Part shown: piece after piece, positions 8,468 to 17,517 of the stretch
Numbering within the stretch: the first letter of the stretch is position 1
How the letters are laid out: each line of letters starts with the position of its first letter
Assembly (NCBI GenBank): GCA_003056145.1
Contig: LSNL01000003.1
Span: 4,345-68,344, forward strand
Source: Parcubacteria group bacterium M10-OD1-1
GTDB lineage: Bacteria > Patescibacteriota > Minisyncoccia > Moranbacterales > UBA2206
Direction: 5' to 3'
DNA: 64,000 nucleotides
Notes under the pieces: generated by a model
What the model was told of the DNA's origin: nothing
Databases searched by the model: none
The model's input: only the letters and a program-made list of their open reading frames with translations
Program-made: the position numbers and the translations under genes

Positions 8468-9049
8468 ATGTTAGAACAGGAGGAAAAATCAATTCATCAA
8501 TCTTTAGGAGTAGCTAACTCTTTTAAGTTTTTAAGTCCTCAAAAAATAGTTGATCAAATTGAGGTTAATCCAGGAATGAAAATAGCTCATTTTGGTTGCT
8601 CTACTGGTTACTTTACTTTTCTATTAGCTCAAAGAGTTGGAGGTAGTGGTCAGGTTTATGCTCTAGATATTATATCTTCTAAACTAGAAATTTTAAAGAG
8701 CCAGATTAAATTACAAGGAATTAGAAACATTGCAATAAAAAGAGTGAGTTTAGAAAATAAGAATGGTTCTGGCTTGGAGAATGAAAGTATGGATTGGGTA
8801 ATAATGGTTAATATGTTATATCAAAATAATCAAAAGAATAAAATCATCAAAGAAGCAGAGAGAGTCTTAAAACCTGGTGGAAAAATTCTTTTAATAGACT
8901 GGGAAACAGGAGACGATAGAATTGGACCAAAAAAACTTTCACGAATTTCTAAAGGAGATTTAATTAAAATAGTCAGAAGATACAGTTTAGGAATTAAAAA
9001 AGAAATTGAAGTTGGAAATTTTCATTTTGGACTAATACTAGCCAAATAA
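8468..9049 (+). CDS. Class I SAM-dependent methyltransferase
   Basis: IAHFGCSTGYFT (motif I variant), VYALDI and ERVLKPGGKILLIDW. Confidence 0.85.
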   Translation: MLEQEEKSIHQSLGVANSFKFLSPQKIVDQIEVNPGMKIAHFGCSTGYFTFLLAQRVGGSGQVYALDIISSKLEILKSQIKLQGIRNIAIKRVSLENKNGSGLENESMDWVIMVNMLYQNNQKNKIIKEAERVLKPGGKILLIDWETGDDRIGPKKLSRISKGDLIKIVRRYSLGIKKEIEVGNFHFGLILAK

Positions 9050-9054
9050 AATAT

Positions 9055-10482
9055 ATGACATTAAAAACAAAAAAAAGTAAAATATTTTTCGCTACAGTTT
9101 TTATTTTTGGATTGATTATTTTATCTGGCTGTGGTTTCAAACAAAAAACAGATCATCAATATAATTTAAGTTTAGAAATCTGGGGTCCTTTTGATTACGG
9201 GGATGCTTTAAGAAAAGTTTTTAATAGTTATAAAAAAATAAATCCTAATATTTCTAGTCTTGAGTATAAAAGAATTCCAATTAATACTTATCAAAAAGAA
9301 TTAACAGAAGCTTTAGCAGCAGGACAGGGTCCAGATATTTTCTTTATTCGTAATGACTGGGTACCGAGTTTTGCAGATAAAATAGTTCCTGTTAAAGAAA
9401 TTCCAGGGGTTATTAGTGAGAAAAAGTTTAGAGCTAATTTTATAGATGTAGTGGCTAATGATTTTTTAGTTAAAGGAAATATCTATGCGATGCCTCTTTC
9501 GGTAAATACTTTGGGTTTATATTATAATAAAGATCTTTTTAATCAAGCTGGCATAGTGGCACCACCAAAAACTTGGGATGAATTTTCTGAGGATGTCAAA
9601 AAACTTACTAAAATTAATGCTTTTGGGGAAATAATTCAATCAGGAGCAGCTATGGGGACAGCTTATAATATCAATCGTTCTACGGACATATTAAATCTCT
9701 TGATGTTGCAAAATCAAACTAAAATGATTGATCCACGAGGACAAGTGCTTTTTCAAAAATCAATTTCTGAAAATGGAAAAAGTATTTTTCCTGGAGAAAA
9801 CGCGCTAGCTTTCTATACTCAATTCGCTAACACTAGTTCTCCAGAATATACTTGGAATTCTCAGCTGCATGATTCTATTGATGCTTTTTCTGAAGGAACA
9901 GTTGCGATGATGTTAAATTATCCTTGGAATGTTAAGGTTATAAAAGAGAAGGCACCGAAGCTTAATTTTGCCATTGCACCAGTTCCTCAAATAAAAGATA
10001 AGCCAAAAGTTAATTTTGCTAATTATTGGGGACTAGCGGTTTCTAAAAATAAGACTCCTCAAAGTAATCCATATGGACAATCTAAAAAAGCAGTGGTAAT
10101 TAGTAGTAATACTCGGTTAAAAGAAGCTTGGACTTTTTTAACATACTTAACTACTAAGCCAGATGGAACTTTTAATAATAAGGCTAGTACAAAAGTTGGG
10201 CAAGTTACAGAAGCTAATTTTGATCCTGCTAAAAGTTGTTTAACTCAAACCGGTGAACCAGCTGCTAGGCGTGATTTAATTAAAGAGCAAAAAGATAATC
10301 CGACTATTGGTGTTTTTGCAACAGATAATTTAATTGCTCAAAGCTGGATAGAGGTTGATCCTTCTTCTATTGAGTCAATTTTTGCTGAAATGATTGATCA
10401 AGTTAATAAAGGACAGGCAACAGTGGCTGGAGCTATTAAAACAGCCGCTCAAAGAGTTCAAATATTATCCAATAATAATTAA
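9055..10482 (+). CDS. Lipoprotein extracellular solute-binding protein (carbohydrate, family 1)
   Basis: Lipobox LSGC; GQGPDIF, LYYNKDLF, PPKTWDEF and AFSEGTVAM motifs. Confidence 0.88.
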   Translation: MTLKTKKSKIFFATVFIFGLIILSGCGFKQKTDHQYNLSLEIWGPFDYGDALRKVFNSYKKINPNISSLEYKRIPINTYQKELTEALAAGQGPDIFFIRNDWVPSFADKIVPVKEIPGVISEKKFRANFIDVVANDFLVKGNIYAMPLSVNTLGLYYNKDLFNQAGIVAPPKTWDEFSEDVKKLTKINAFGEIIQSGAAMGTAYNINRSTDILNLLMLQNQTKMIDPRGQVLFQKSISENGKSIFPGENALAFYTQFANTSSPEYTWNSQLHDSIDAFSEGTVAMMLNYPWNVKVIKEKAPKLNFAIAPVPQIKDKPKVNFANYWGLAVSKNKTPQSNPYGQSKKAVVISSNTRLKEAWTFLTYLTTKPDGTFNNKASTKVGQVTEANFDPAKSCLTQTGEPAARRDLIKEQKDNPTIGVFATDNLIAQSWIEVDPSSIESIFAEMIDQVNKGQATVAGAIKTAAQRVQILSNNN

Positions 10483-10486
10483 AAAA

Positions 10487-11410
10487 ATGAAAAACCTTAT
10501 TAAAAAAGTTCCTCTAATCTTTAGCACATTATTAATCAGTAGCCTCTTTCTTTTTTTTGGAGTAGCTAACTCGCAAGCTTCTACTGCTGAATGTACTGCT
10601 CAAGGAGGTATCTGCGCTACAGTAGGAGGAAGTGGTTGTTTAAGTGGTAGCCCTATTGCAAATATAACTTGTTCTGGTGGGGTAACTTGTTGTACGAATG
10701 TAACTCCTAAGAGTTCTACTATTTGTTGTCAGGTCTCTGGACAAGGTTGCGGAGAAATTAACGGAAGCACTTGTCCAACAGGAATGAATTTTTTAGGTAC
10801 TGGTTCTTGCTCTAGCTTTTCTGCCTGCCAAATTAAGACTTCAACAGGGTCTTCTGCTAATACTAATAATGGGAATTCAATTACTTTTTCTAATCCGATT
10901 GGATTTACTACTTTTGCTGGCTTATTGAACTCCATTCTAAATCATATGATGGGTATTATTGCTACTATTGCAATAGTCTTTATGATTCTGGGAGGTATAA
11001 TGTATATGATGTCTGGTGGCAATGAAGGAATGGTAACTAAAGCTAAAAAAACTTGGACTGGAGCTATTATTGGTCTAGCGATTGCGTTGGCTTCGCCAAC
11101 TTTTTTAAAGGAAATTCAAAAAATTCTTAATGGAGGAGGAACAGGAGGGAGCGCTCAAGCTTGGGTAAGTAAAGCGTTAACACTTAAAGAAATTGCTATT
11201 AATGTTGCTAACCTATTGTTGTCAATTTTAGGTATTCTTGGTATAATTGCCTTAATAATTGGAGGTGGAATGTATTTAACTGCCTATGGTGATGAAAGAA
11301 AAATTGATACTGGAAAAAAGATAATCACCTTTGCGATTATCGGTATTGTCGTAGCTCTCTCAGCAGTTATTATCACCAAACAAGTTTCCGTTATTTTAGG
11401 AGCAAATTAA
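10487..11410 (+). CDS. CPR TrbC/VirB2-type pilin with two pilin domains and an N-terminal Cys-rich region
   Basis: Start moved to 10487 to avoid overlap with the upstream gene; signal peptide; two GG.MY..S/A.G.E.....K.....AIIG repeats; 12 Cys in two clusters. Confidence 0.8.
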   Translation: MKNLIKKVPLIFSTLLISSLFLFFGVANSQASTAECTAQGGICATVGGSGCLSGSPIANITCSGGVTCCTNVTPKSSTICCQVSGQGCGEINGSTCPTGMNFLGTGSCSSFSACQIKTSTGSSANTNNGNSITFSNPIGFTTFAGLLNSILNHMMGIIATIAIVFMILGGIMYMMSGGNEGMVTKAKKTWTGAIIGLAIALASPTFLKEIQKILNGGGTGGSAQAWVSKALTLKEIAINVANLLLSILGILGIIALIIGGGMYLTAYGDERKIDTGKKIITFAIIGIVVALSAVIITKQVSVILGAN

Positions 11411-11478
11411 ATTAGAACAAAAGAAAGTTTAATAGGATAGTTAAAAAATAAATATACAAAATAGAAAGGAGGTGTTAT

Positions 11479-11832
11479 ATGAAAAATAAAATTAGAATAA
11501 TGATTTTCTCAGTAGCCTCAACTACCTTGACTTTTCCAGCTTTGGCTTTAGCTCAATTTAGCGCTCCTGCCGGAACTGGACTACCTGTTAATTCAGTTTA
11601 TGATATTATTTCAGGAATAATGTTTTGGTTGTTGGCAATAGTGGGGATAGTGGGTGTTATTGGTTTTGCTATTGCAGGAATCCTCTACTTAACAGCAGCG
11701 GGAGATGATTCTAGGATTCAACAGGCCAAAAGTGCAATGCTCTATTCTATTATTGGAGTAATTGTAGCTTTATCTGGTTTAGTAGCAATCCATTTTGCTA
11801 GCGGGTTATTAGGTGGTCAAAGGCAATTCTAA
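11479..11832 (+). CDS. TrbC/VirB2-type pilin (probable major subunit)
   Basis: Signal peptide ending ALA; AGILYLTAAGDDSRIQQAKSAMLYSIIG; perfect SD aaaggaggtg; followed by a terminator. Confidence 0.85.
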   Translation: MKNKIRIMIFSVASTTLTFPALALAQFSAPAGTGLPVNSVYDIISGIMFWLLAIVGIVGVIGFAIAGILYLTAAGDDSRIQQAKSAMLYSIIGVIVALSGLVAIHFASGLLGGQRQF

Positions 11833-11854
11833 TTAAAGAATTCTTTGAAATTTC

Positions 11855-11897
11855 AAAACAAAAACAGATTGTTTTAATAGTCTGTTTTTGTTTTTTG
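11855..11897 (+). terminator. Intrinsic terminator after the major pilin
   Basis: aaaacaaaaacagattg...tagtctgtttttgtttt. Confidence 0.7.
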
Positions 11898-11952
11898 TTT
11901 TTTTATTGTATAATATAAGCGAGGTATTATTAAATAAATTTAAAATAAAAAA

Positions 11953-12348
11953 ATGAAATATTTGAAATTAGGAATTCAAAAAATAAAGCAAGGGAGATAT
12001 TTATTAGGTAGTTTTTTTGGACTTAATCTTAATTCTTCTAGTGGAGGTGGAGGGAACGGTAGTGGTTGGAATCCAGGGAGTCTTAGTCAATTCAATCTTC
12101 CTAATGCTTCTATTTATAGTATTATAGAAAATATTTTAAATTGGTTATTGGGTATTTTGGGAATTATTGGAGTAATAGGTTTTGTGATTGCTGGAATTTT
12201 TTATTTAACAGCAGCTGGAGATGAATCTCAAATTACTAAAGCTAAAAGTGCTTTGAAATATTCTATTACGGGTGTCATCGTGGGAATAGCTGGTCTAGTG
12301 ATTATTCAAGCAGTTAACGCAATGCTTAACGGAACTTCTCTTTTTTAA
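11953..12348 (+). CDS. TrbC/VirB2-type pilin
   Basis: AGIFYLTAAGDESQITKAKSALKYSITG; clear paralog of the 11479 gene. Confidence 0.85.
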   Translation: MKYLKLGIQKIKQGRYLLGSFFGLNLNSSSGGGGNGSGWNPGSLSQFNLPNASIYSIIENILNWLLGILGIIGVIGFVIAGIFYLTAAGDESQITKAKSALKYSITGVIVGIAGLVIIQAVNAMLNGTSLF

Positions 12349-12352
12349 ATTT

Positions 12353-13039
12353 ATGAAAAATCTTACTAAAAAAATTATAAAAAACTTAATTAACTATAAT
12401 AATAAAATATACAAAGTATTTTTTTTTAGTAGTTTTATTCTAGGAGTCAGTCTTTTTTTTGGAATAAATATTTCTCAAGCAGACTATATTTGTTTAAATC
12501 AGAGTAGCGCTTGTAGTGGTAATTGGGCTGATATTAACGCTTGTGGTGTAGGTGTTTGTAGTACAGGAGAAAAATGTTGTTCAATAGCGACAAAAACGAG
12601 CACGAATACAAGTACAAACACAAATTCTTCTACACCTAGCAAAGCAGGTAACACTTGGAAAAATCCAGATAATGCAACTTCCAATTCTAATGCAGTCCCT
12701 ATTTCTTTAGGTAATCAAAATAATAATACTTCAGCTAATAATGTTTCTGGAAGTGGACAACTTAATATTCCAACATTTAATCTTCCTAACCCACAAGGAG
12801 GAATTAAAGAAATTGCTCAAAATCTATTGAATTGGTTGTTGGGTATTTTGGGTATTATAGCGATAATCTCTTTTATTATAACTGGTTTACAATATTTTAT
12901 GGCAGCGGGAGATGAACAAATAGTTCAATCAGCTAAAAAGAACATGACTTATTCTATTTTAGGGATTATTGTGGCTCTCTCAGGCTTTATAATCATTCAA
13001 GCTATCGATGCAGCCTTACGAGCTACATCATTCTTTTAA
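12353..13039 (+). CDS. TrbC/VirB2-type pilin with a Cys-rich tip and a Ser/Thr/Asn linker
   Basis: Signal peptide, 6-Cys cluster, TGLQYFMAAGDEQIVQSAKKNMTYSILG. Confidence 0.82.
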   Translation: MKNLTKKIIKNLINYNNKIYKVFFFSSFILGVSLFFGINISQADYICLNQSSACSGNWADINACGVGVCSTGEKCCSIATKTSTNTSTNTNSSTPSKAGNTWKNPDNATSNSNAVPISLGNQNNNTSANNVSGSGQLNIPTFNLPNPQGGIKEIAQNLLNWLLGILGIIAIISFIITGLQYFMAAGDEQIVQSAKKNMTYSILGIIVALSGFIIIQAIDAALRATSFF

Positions 13040-13049
13040 TCAGTTTTGT

Positions 13050-13078
13050 TTGACATTCTTCAAAAAAAATGCTAGAAT
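13050..13078 (+). promoter_or_regulatory. sigma70 promoter of the nusA operon
   Basis: TTGACA, 17-nt spacer, TGc TAGAAT. Confidence 0.75.
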
Positions 13079-13098
13079 GAAAGTGTTAGTTAATGGAG

Positions 13099-13128
13099 AT
13101 AAAGGGTTCGCGAAAGCGAACTTTATTT
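13099..13128 (+). promoter_or_regulatory. nusA leader GNRA hairpin / attenuator
   Basis: ataaag-g-gttcgc-GAAA-gcgaac-tttattt between the promoter and nusA. Confidence 0.55.
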
Positions 13129-13164
13129 GTTAAATAGACCTATTTTAATTTTTAATAAAATCTT

Positions 13165-14565
13165 ATGACAAGAAAAAAAGTAAGTTCTCAAAAAGAAGAA
13201 AAAAAAGATAAAGCTGAATTTGGGAGTGCTATTGCACAAATTTGTGAAGAAAAAGGAATTTCCAAGGAAAAAGTTGTTGAAACTATTGAAGCTGCTTTAG
13301 CAGCTGCTTATAAAAAAGACTATGGCAAGAGAGGTCAAAATATCCGTTCTGTTTTTAATGAAGTTTCTGGTTCAGCCAAATTTTTCTTAGTTAAAGAAGT
13401 AGTAGATGAATCTACGCGGGAGTTTCCTATTGAAACAGAAGAAGATGATGAAGAGCAATCTAAGGAAAGTAAAAAAATTTCTTTCAGAAAAGAAGTAAAA
13501 AATGAAAATGAGGAAGAAAAAATTGCTAGATTTAATCCAGAAAGAGATCTTCGCTTAGAAGAAGCCAAAAAAATCAAAAAAGATGCTCAGGTAGGAGATA
13601 TTATTGAAACAGAATTAGAACAGAAAGAAGACTATGGGAGAGTCGCTGCTCAAACAGCTAAGCAGGTTATTATTCAAAGGATTAGAGAAGCAGAAAGAGA
13701 TGCTATGTTTGAAGAATATAAAAATAAAGAAGGAGAAGTGGTCAATGGTGTAGTGCAGAGAATGGAAGGAAGAAATATTTTTGTAGATTTAGGTAAATCT
13801 ATTGGCGTTCTTTTTCCTAGCGAACAAATTGAGAGAGAAGATCATAGAATTGGTCAGCGAATTAAAGTTTATATTGCTAATGTAGATGCTGGCTCTAAAG
13901 GACCAGGGATTACCCTTAGTCGAGTTCATCCAGACATGGTAAAAGTTTTGTTTGAGTTGGAAGTTCCGGAAATTTTTTCTGGAGTAGTAGAAATAAAATC
14001 TATTGCTAGAGAAGCTGGGCAAAGAACTAAAATTGCCGTTTTTTCTCAGGAAGAAGGAGTAGATCCTATTGGCTCTTGTGTTGGTCAGAAAGGAACTAGA
14101 GTACAAGCGATTATTGATGAATTAAATGGAGAAAAAATTGATATCGTTCTTTGGAATGAAAATCCTGAGAAATTTATTTCAGCAGCTTTAAGTCCAGCTA
14201 AAGTTTTAAGAATAGATTTAGAGGAAGGGAGAAAGGAAGCCGTTGCTACTGTTCCAGAAGATCAGCTTTCTTTAGCGATTGGGAAAAGAGGTCAAAATGT
14301 TAGATTGGCAGCTAAATTAACGGATTGGAAAATTGATATTGTAGGAGTTAGTCCAGGAGGAGAAGAAATTAATCCAGAAGAAGTAGCTAAAAAAGAATCT
14401 GTAGAAAATATTGAAAAAACAGAAGATGATAAAGAGCTAAATGAAAAAAATAGTCAAAATAAAGTTGAGAGTACAGACGATTTAAAAGATGCAGAAAAAA
14501 TAAATAGTTCAGTAGAAACAGAAAAATCAGTGGACGATGAGTCAAAAGAAGAAACTTTAAAATAA
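13165..14565 (+). CDS. nusA: Transcription termination/antitermination factor NusA
   Basis: GRVAAQTAKQVIIQRIREAER, AREAGQRTKIAV, GSCVGQKG and AIGKRGQNVRLA; acidic C-terminal tail. Confidence 0.97.
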   Translation: MTRKKVSSQKEEKKDKAEFGSAIAQICEEKGISKEKVVETIEAALAAAYKKDYGKRGQNIRSVFNEVSGSAKFFLVKEVVDESTREFPIETEEDDEEQSKESKKISFRKEVKNENEEEKIARFNPERDLRLEEAKKIKKDAQVGDIIETELEQKEDYGRVAAQTAKQVIIQRIREAERDAMFEEYKNKEGEVVNGVVQRMEGRNIFVDLGKSIGVLFPSEQIEREDHRIGQRIKVYIANVDAGSKGPGITLSRVHPDMVKVLFELEVPEIFSGVVEIKSIAREAGQRTKIAVFSQEEGVDPIGSCVGQKGTRVQAIIDELNGEKIDIVLWNENPEKFISAALSPAKVLRIDLEEGRKEAVATVPEDQLSLAIGKRGQNVRLAAKLTDWKIDIVGVSPGGEEINPEEVAKKESVENIEKTEDDKELNEKNSQNKVESTDDLKDAEKINSSVETEKSVDDESKEETLK

Positions 14566-14596
14566 ATAATGAAGGGGTAACTAAAGGTAAAAAATT

Positions 14597-15547
14597 ATGG
14601 AAAATAAAAAATCAAAATTAAATCGAGTGATTGTTATCGGACATAAAAATCCTGATACGGATTCTATTGTTTCTAGTATAGTAGCTCAAAAATTTTTTGA
14701 GAAAACTGAAAAAATCAAAACTAAGGCTTTTAGAGCTGGATCACTTAATAATGAAACTAGATTTATTTTGAATAAATTTAAAGTAAATAGCCCTGAACTA
14801 TTAAAAAAAATTAAACTAACTGATGAAATAATTCTGGTTGATCATAATGAAAAAACTCAGATAGCTGAAGCTATAAATTTTTCGCAAGTAATTAAAATTA
14901 TTGATCACCATAAAGTTTTTATTCAGACGGAAAAACCTTTGAGTATGAGAGTAGAACCTTTAGGTAGTACAGCCTCACTTTTGGCTAAGATGTATCAAGA
15001 AGCAAAAAAGAAATTATCTAAGCTAGAAGCTAGTTTGCTTCTATCTGGTATTATCTCTGATACTTTGAATTTGGTTTCTCCAACTACTACCACAGAAGAT
15101 AAAAAAATAGTTAGAGAACTTAATAAAATAGCTAAACTAAATTTAAAACAACTGGTCAAAGAAATGTTTTTAGCTAAATCTAGTTTACAAGGGTTATCAA
15201 TAGAGGATATTATTTCTCAAGATTATAAGCAATTCCAAATGGAGGGAAATAAAGTAGGTATCGGAGTTTGGGAAACGGCTAGCCCGAAACTAGTAGAAGA
15301 AAAACAGGCAGAAATTTTTAAGAAATTAAAAATTAAAAAACAAAAAGAAAAGTTAAGCTATCTATTTTTTTTCGTGGTTGACATTATTAAACAATTTAGT
15401 GTAGCTTATATTATTAGAGAAGAAGAAGCTCAAATAGTTCAAAAAGCTTTTGGCGGTAAAGTAAAAAATAATTTGTTAACTATTAAAAATGTTGTTTCTA
15501 GAAAGAAACAGATTGTTCCTCAAATCGAGGAAATTTTAAAAAAATAA
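14597..15547 (+). CDS. ppaC: Mn-dependent inorganic pyrophosphatase (family II)
   Basis: GHKNPDTDS, LVDHNE, IIDHH, ISDTL and VSRKKQIVP motifs. Confidence 0.93.
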   Translation: MENKKSKLNRVIVIGHKNPDTDSIVSSIVAQKFFEKTEKIKTKAFRAGSLNNETRFILNKFKVNSPELLKKIKLTDEIILVDHNEKTQIAEAINFSQVIKIIDHHKVFIQTEKPLSMRVEPLGSTASLLAKMYQEAKKKLSKLEASLLLSGIISDTLNLVSPTTTTEDKKIVRELNKIAKLNLKQLVKEMFLAKSSLQGLSIEDIISQDYKQFQMEGNKVGIGVWETASPKLVEEKQAEIFKKLKIKKQKEKLSYLFFFVVDIIKQFSVAYIIREEEAQIVQKAFGGKVKNNLLTIKNVVSRKKQIVPQIEEILKK

Positions 15548-15549
15548 TT

Positions 15550-16842
15550 ATGAATAAAGACATCAAAAAATTACCAAAATCTCAATTAGAATTAACCATT
15601 TCTGTTTCGTGGGATGTTTGGAAAAAATATCTAGCTACTGCAGTTAAAGAAGCTTCTAAGGAAATAAAAATTGCTGGCTTTAGACCAGGGAAAGCTCCAA
15701 AAAATTTAGTAGAGCAGAAAGTAGGGAAGGCAGTTCTCCTTAATAACTCAGCTGAAAAAGCTATTAAAAAAAGCTACGCAGACTATATTCTAAAAGAAAA
15801 GTTAGAAGTTATTGGTAGTCCAAAAATTGATTTAATAAGCAATGAAGAAGGAAAAGATTTGAAATATAAAGTCATTATCTCTGTAATGCCAGGAATTAAA
15901 ATAGAAAGTAGCTATCAAAAAGCTATGAAAAAGATTAATGAAGAATTTAATCAAAAAAGTTTCAAGATAGAAGATAAAGAATTAGATTTAGAATTAGAAA
16001 AATTAGCTAATAGCCGTGTTAAGCTAGTAACTGTTAATCGAGAGGCTAGAAAAAATGATAGCGTAGAGATAGATTTTAGTGTTCTAAGAGAGGGTGTCCC
16101 GATTGAAAATGGAACCAGTAAGAAACACCCACTTATTATTGGTAAAGGAGTTTTTATCCCTGGCTTTGAAGAGAAAATTATTGGAATGAAAGCTGGCGAA
16201 GAGAAAGAATTTAATTTGTCTTTTCCATCGGAATATCATCAAAAAGATTTAGCTGGAAAGCCAGCTACTTTTAAAGTAAAAATGGGACTAGTTCAAGAAA
16301 GACAAATTCCAGAAATTAATGATGATTTTGCTAAATCTTTAGGAAAATTTGAAAAAGTAGACGCCTTGAAAAAAAGTCTACGAGAGGGAATGGAACATGA
16401 GAATAAACGTAAAATTAAAGAAGAGAAAAGGAGTAAATATTTAGAAGAAATAGTTAATCATTGCCAAGTAGAGCTTCCTGAAATATTGGTAACAGAAGAA
16501 ATCGAAAAAATGATTGGAGAATTAGAATATCAAATTCAAGCTTCAGGAATGAATATTGATCAATACTTAGCTCAGATTAAAAAAACTAAAGAAGAATTAA
16601 AAAAAGAATGGGAACCACAAGCAAAAAAAAGAGTTATTAGTGCCTTAGCTCTATCAGAAATTGCCAAAGAGCAGGATATCAAAATTGAAAATTCAGAAGT
16701 GGAGGCAGAAATGAATAAAACGCTTAATCATTATAAGGGAGTGAAAGATATCAAAAAAAATATTGATATGAAGAGATTGTATAGCTATAGTAAATCTCTC
16801 TTGGAAAATGAAAAAGTTTTTGAGTGGTTAGAAAAATTATAA
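15550..16842 (+). CDS. tig: Trigger factor
   Basis: GFRPGKAP ribosome-binding motif; FKBP domain FIPGFEE. Confidence 0.96.
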   Translation: MNKDIKKLPKSQLELTISVSWDVWKKYLATAVKEASKEIKIAGFRPGKAPKNLVEQKVGKAVLLNNSAEKAIKKSYADYILKEKLEVIGSPKIDLISNEEGKDLKYKVIISVMPGIKIESSYQKAMKKINEEFNQKSFKIEDKELDLELEKLANSRVKLVTVNREARKNDSVEIDFSVLREGVPIENGTSKKHPLIIGKGVFIPGFEEKIIGMKAGEEKEFNLSFPSEYHQKDLAGKPATFKVKMGLVQERQIPEINDDFAKSLGKFEKVDALKKSLREGMEHENKRKIKEEKRSKYLEEIVNHCQVELPEILVTEEIEKMIGELEYQIQASGMNIDQYLAQIKKTKEELKKEWEPQAKKRVISALALSEIAKEQDIKIENSEVEAEMNKTLNHYKGVKDIKKNIDMKRLYSYSKSLLENEKVFEWLEKL

Positions 16843-16861
16843 AGCTTAAGAAATAGTTATT

Positions 16862-17446
16862 ATGAAAAATCAAATTCTTATTCCTACGGTCATTGAAAAA
16901 ACTAGCAATGGAGAAAGGGCTTATGATATTTATTCTCGTCTTCTAAAAGATAGAATTATTTTTTTAGGAGGACCAGTCGACGATTTAGTAGCTAACAATA
17001 TTATTGCACAACTTTTATTTTTAGCTTCTCAAGACTCTAAAGAGGATATTAAACTTTATATTAATTCTCCAGGCGGACAAGTAACTTCAGCCTTAGCTAT
17101 TTACGATACAATGCAATATATAAAACCAGATGTAGCAACTATTTGTGTTGGGACAGCTGCTTCAGCGGCCGCGCTTTTATTATCAGCAGGAGCTAAAAAC
17201 AAAAGAATGATTCTACCAAATGGGGAAGTAATGATCCACCAAGTAATGGGAGGTACTCAAGGACAAGCAACAGATATTAATATTCATGCTCAACATATTT
17301 TGAAAATTAAAAGAAGGCTTAATGAAATTTTAGCTCACCATACTAAACAATCAATTAGTAAAGTAGAAAAAGATGCCGAAAGAGATTATTTTATGAATGC
17401 TATGGAAGCCAAAAAATATGGCTTAGTGGATAAAATTATAAAATAA
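16862..17446 (+). CDS. clpP: ATP-dependent Clp protease proteolytic subunit
   Basis: [26 protein letters not shown] and MIHQ motifs. Confidence 0.97.
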   Translation: MKNQILIPTVIEKTSNGERAYDIYSRLLKDRIIFLGGPVDDLVANNIIAQLLFLASQDSKEDIKLYINSPGGQVTSALAIYDTMQYIKPDVATICVGTAASAAALLLSAGAKNKRMILPNGEVMIHQVMGGTQGQATDINIHAQHILKIKRRLNEILAHHTKQSISKVEKDAERDYFMNAMEAKKYGLVDKIIK

Positions 17447-17470
17447 AGTGAAACTTTCAAAAAGGTTTAT

Positions 17471-17504
17471 TAAAAACAGTCAGCTAAAAGCTAACTGTTT
17501 TTAA
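17471..17504. terminator. Bidirectional terminator between clpP and gpmI
   Basis: taaaaacagtcagct-aaa-agctaactgttttta between convergent genes. Confidence 0.7.
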
Positions 17505-17517
17505 GATTACAAGAAAT

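Noticed and set aside
10394-10486. N-terminal extension of the first pilin ORF
   Set aside because: It overlaps the solute-binding protein gene; the ATG at 10487 gives a proper signal peptide.
12136-12860. Nucleotide repeat aattggtt.ttgggtattttggg between pilin genes as a DGR or shufflon signal
   Set aside because: Explained by paralogy of the pilin TM helix; no recombinase or adenine-specific variation is evident.
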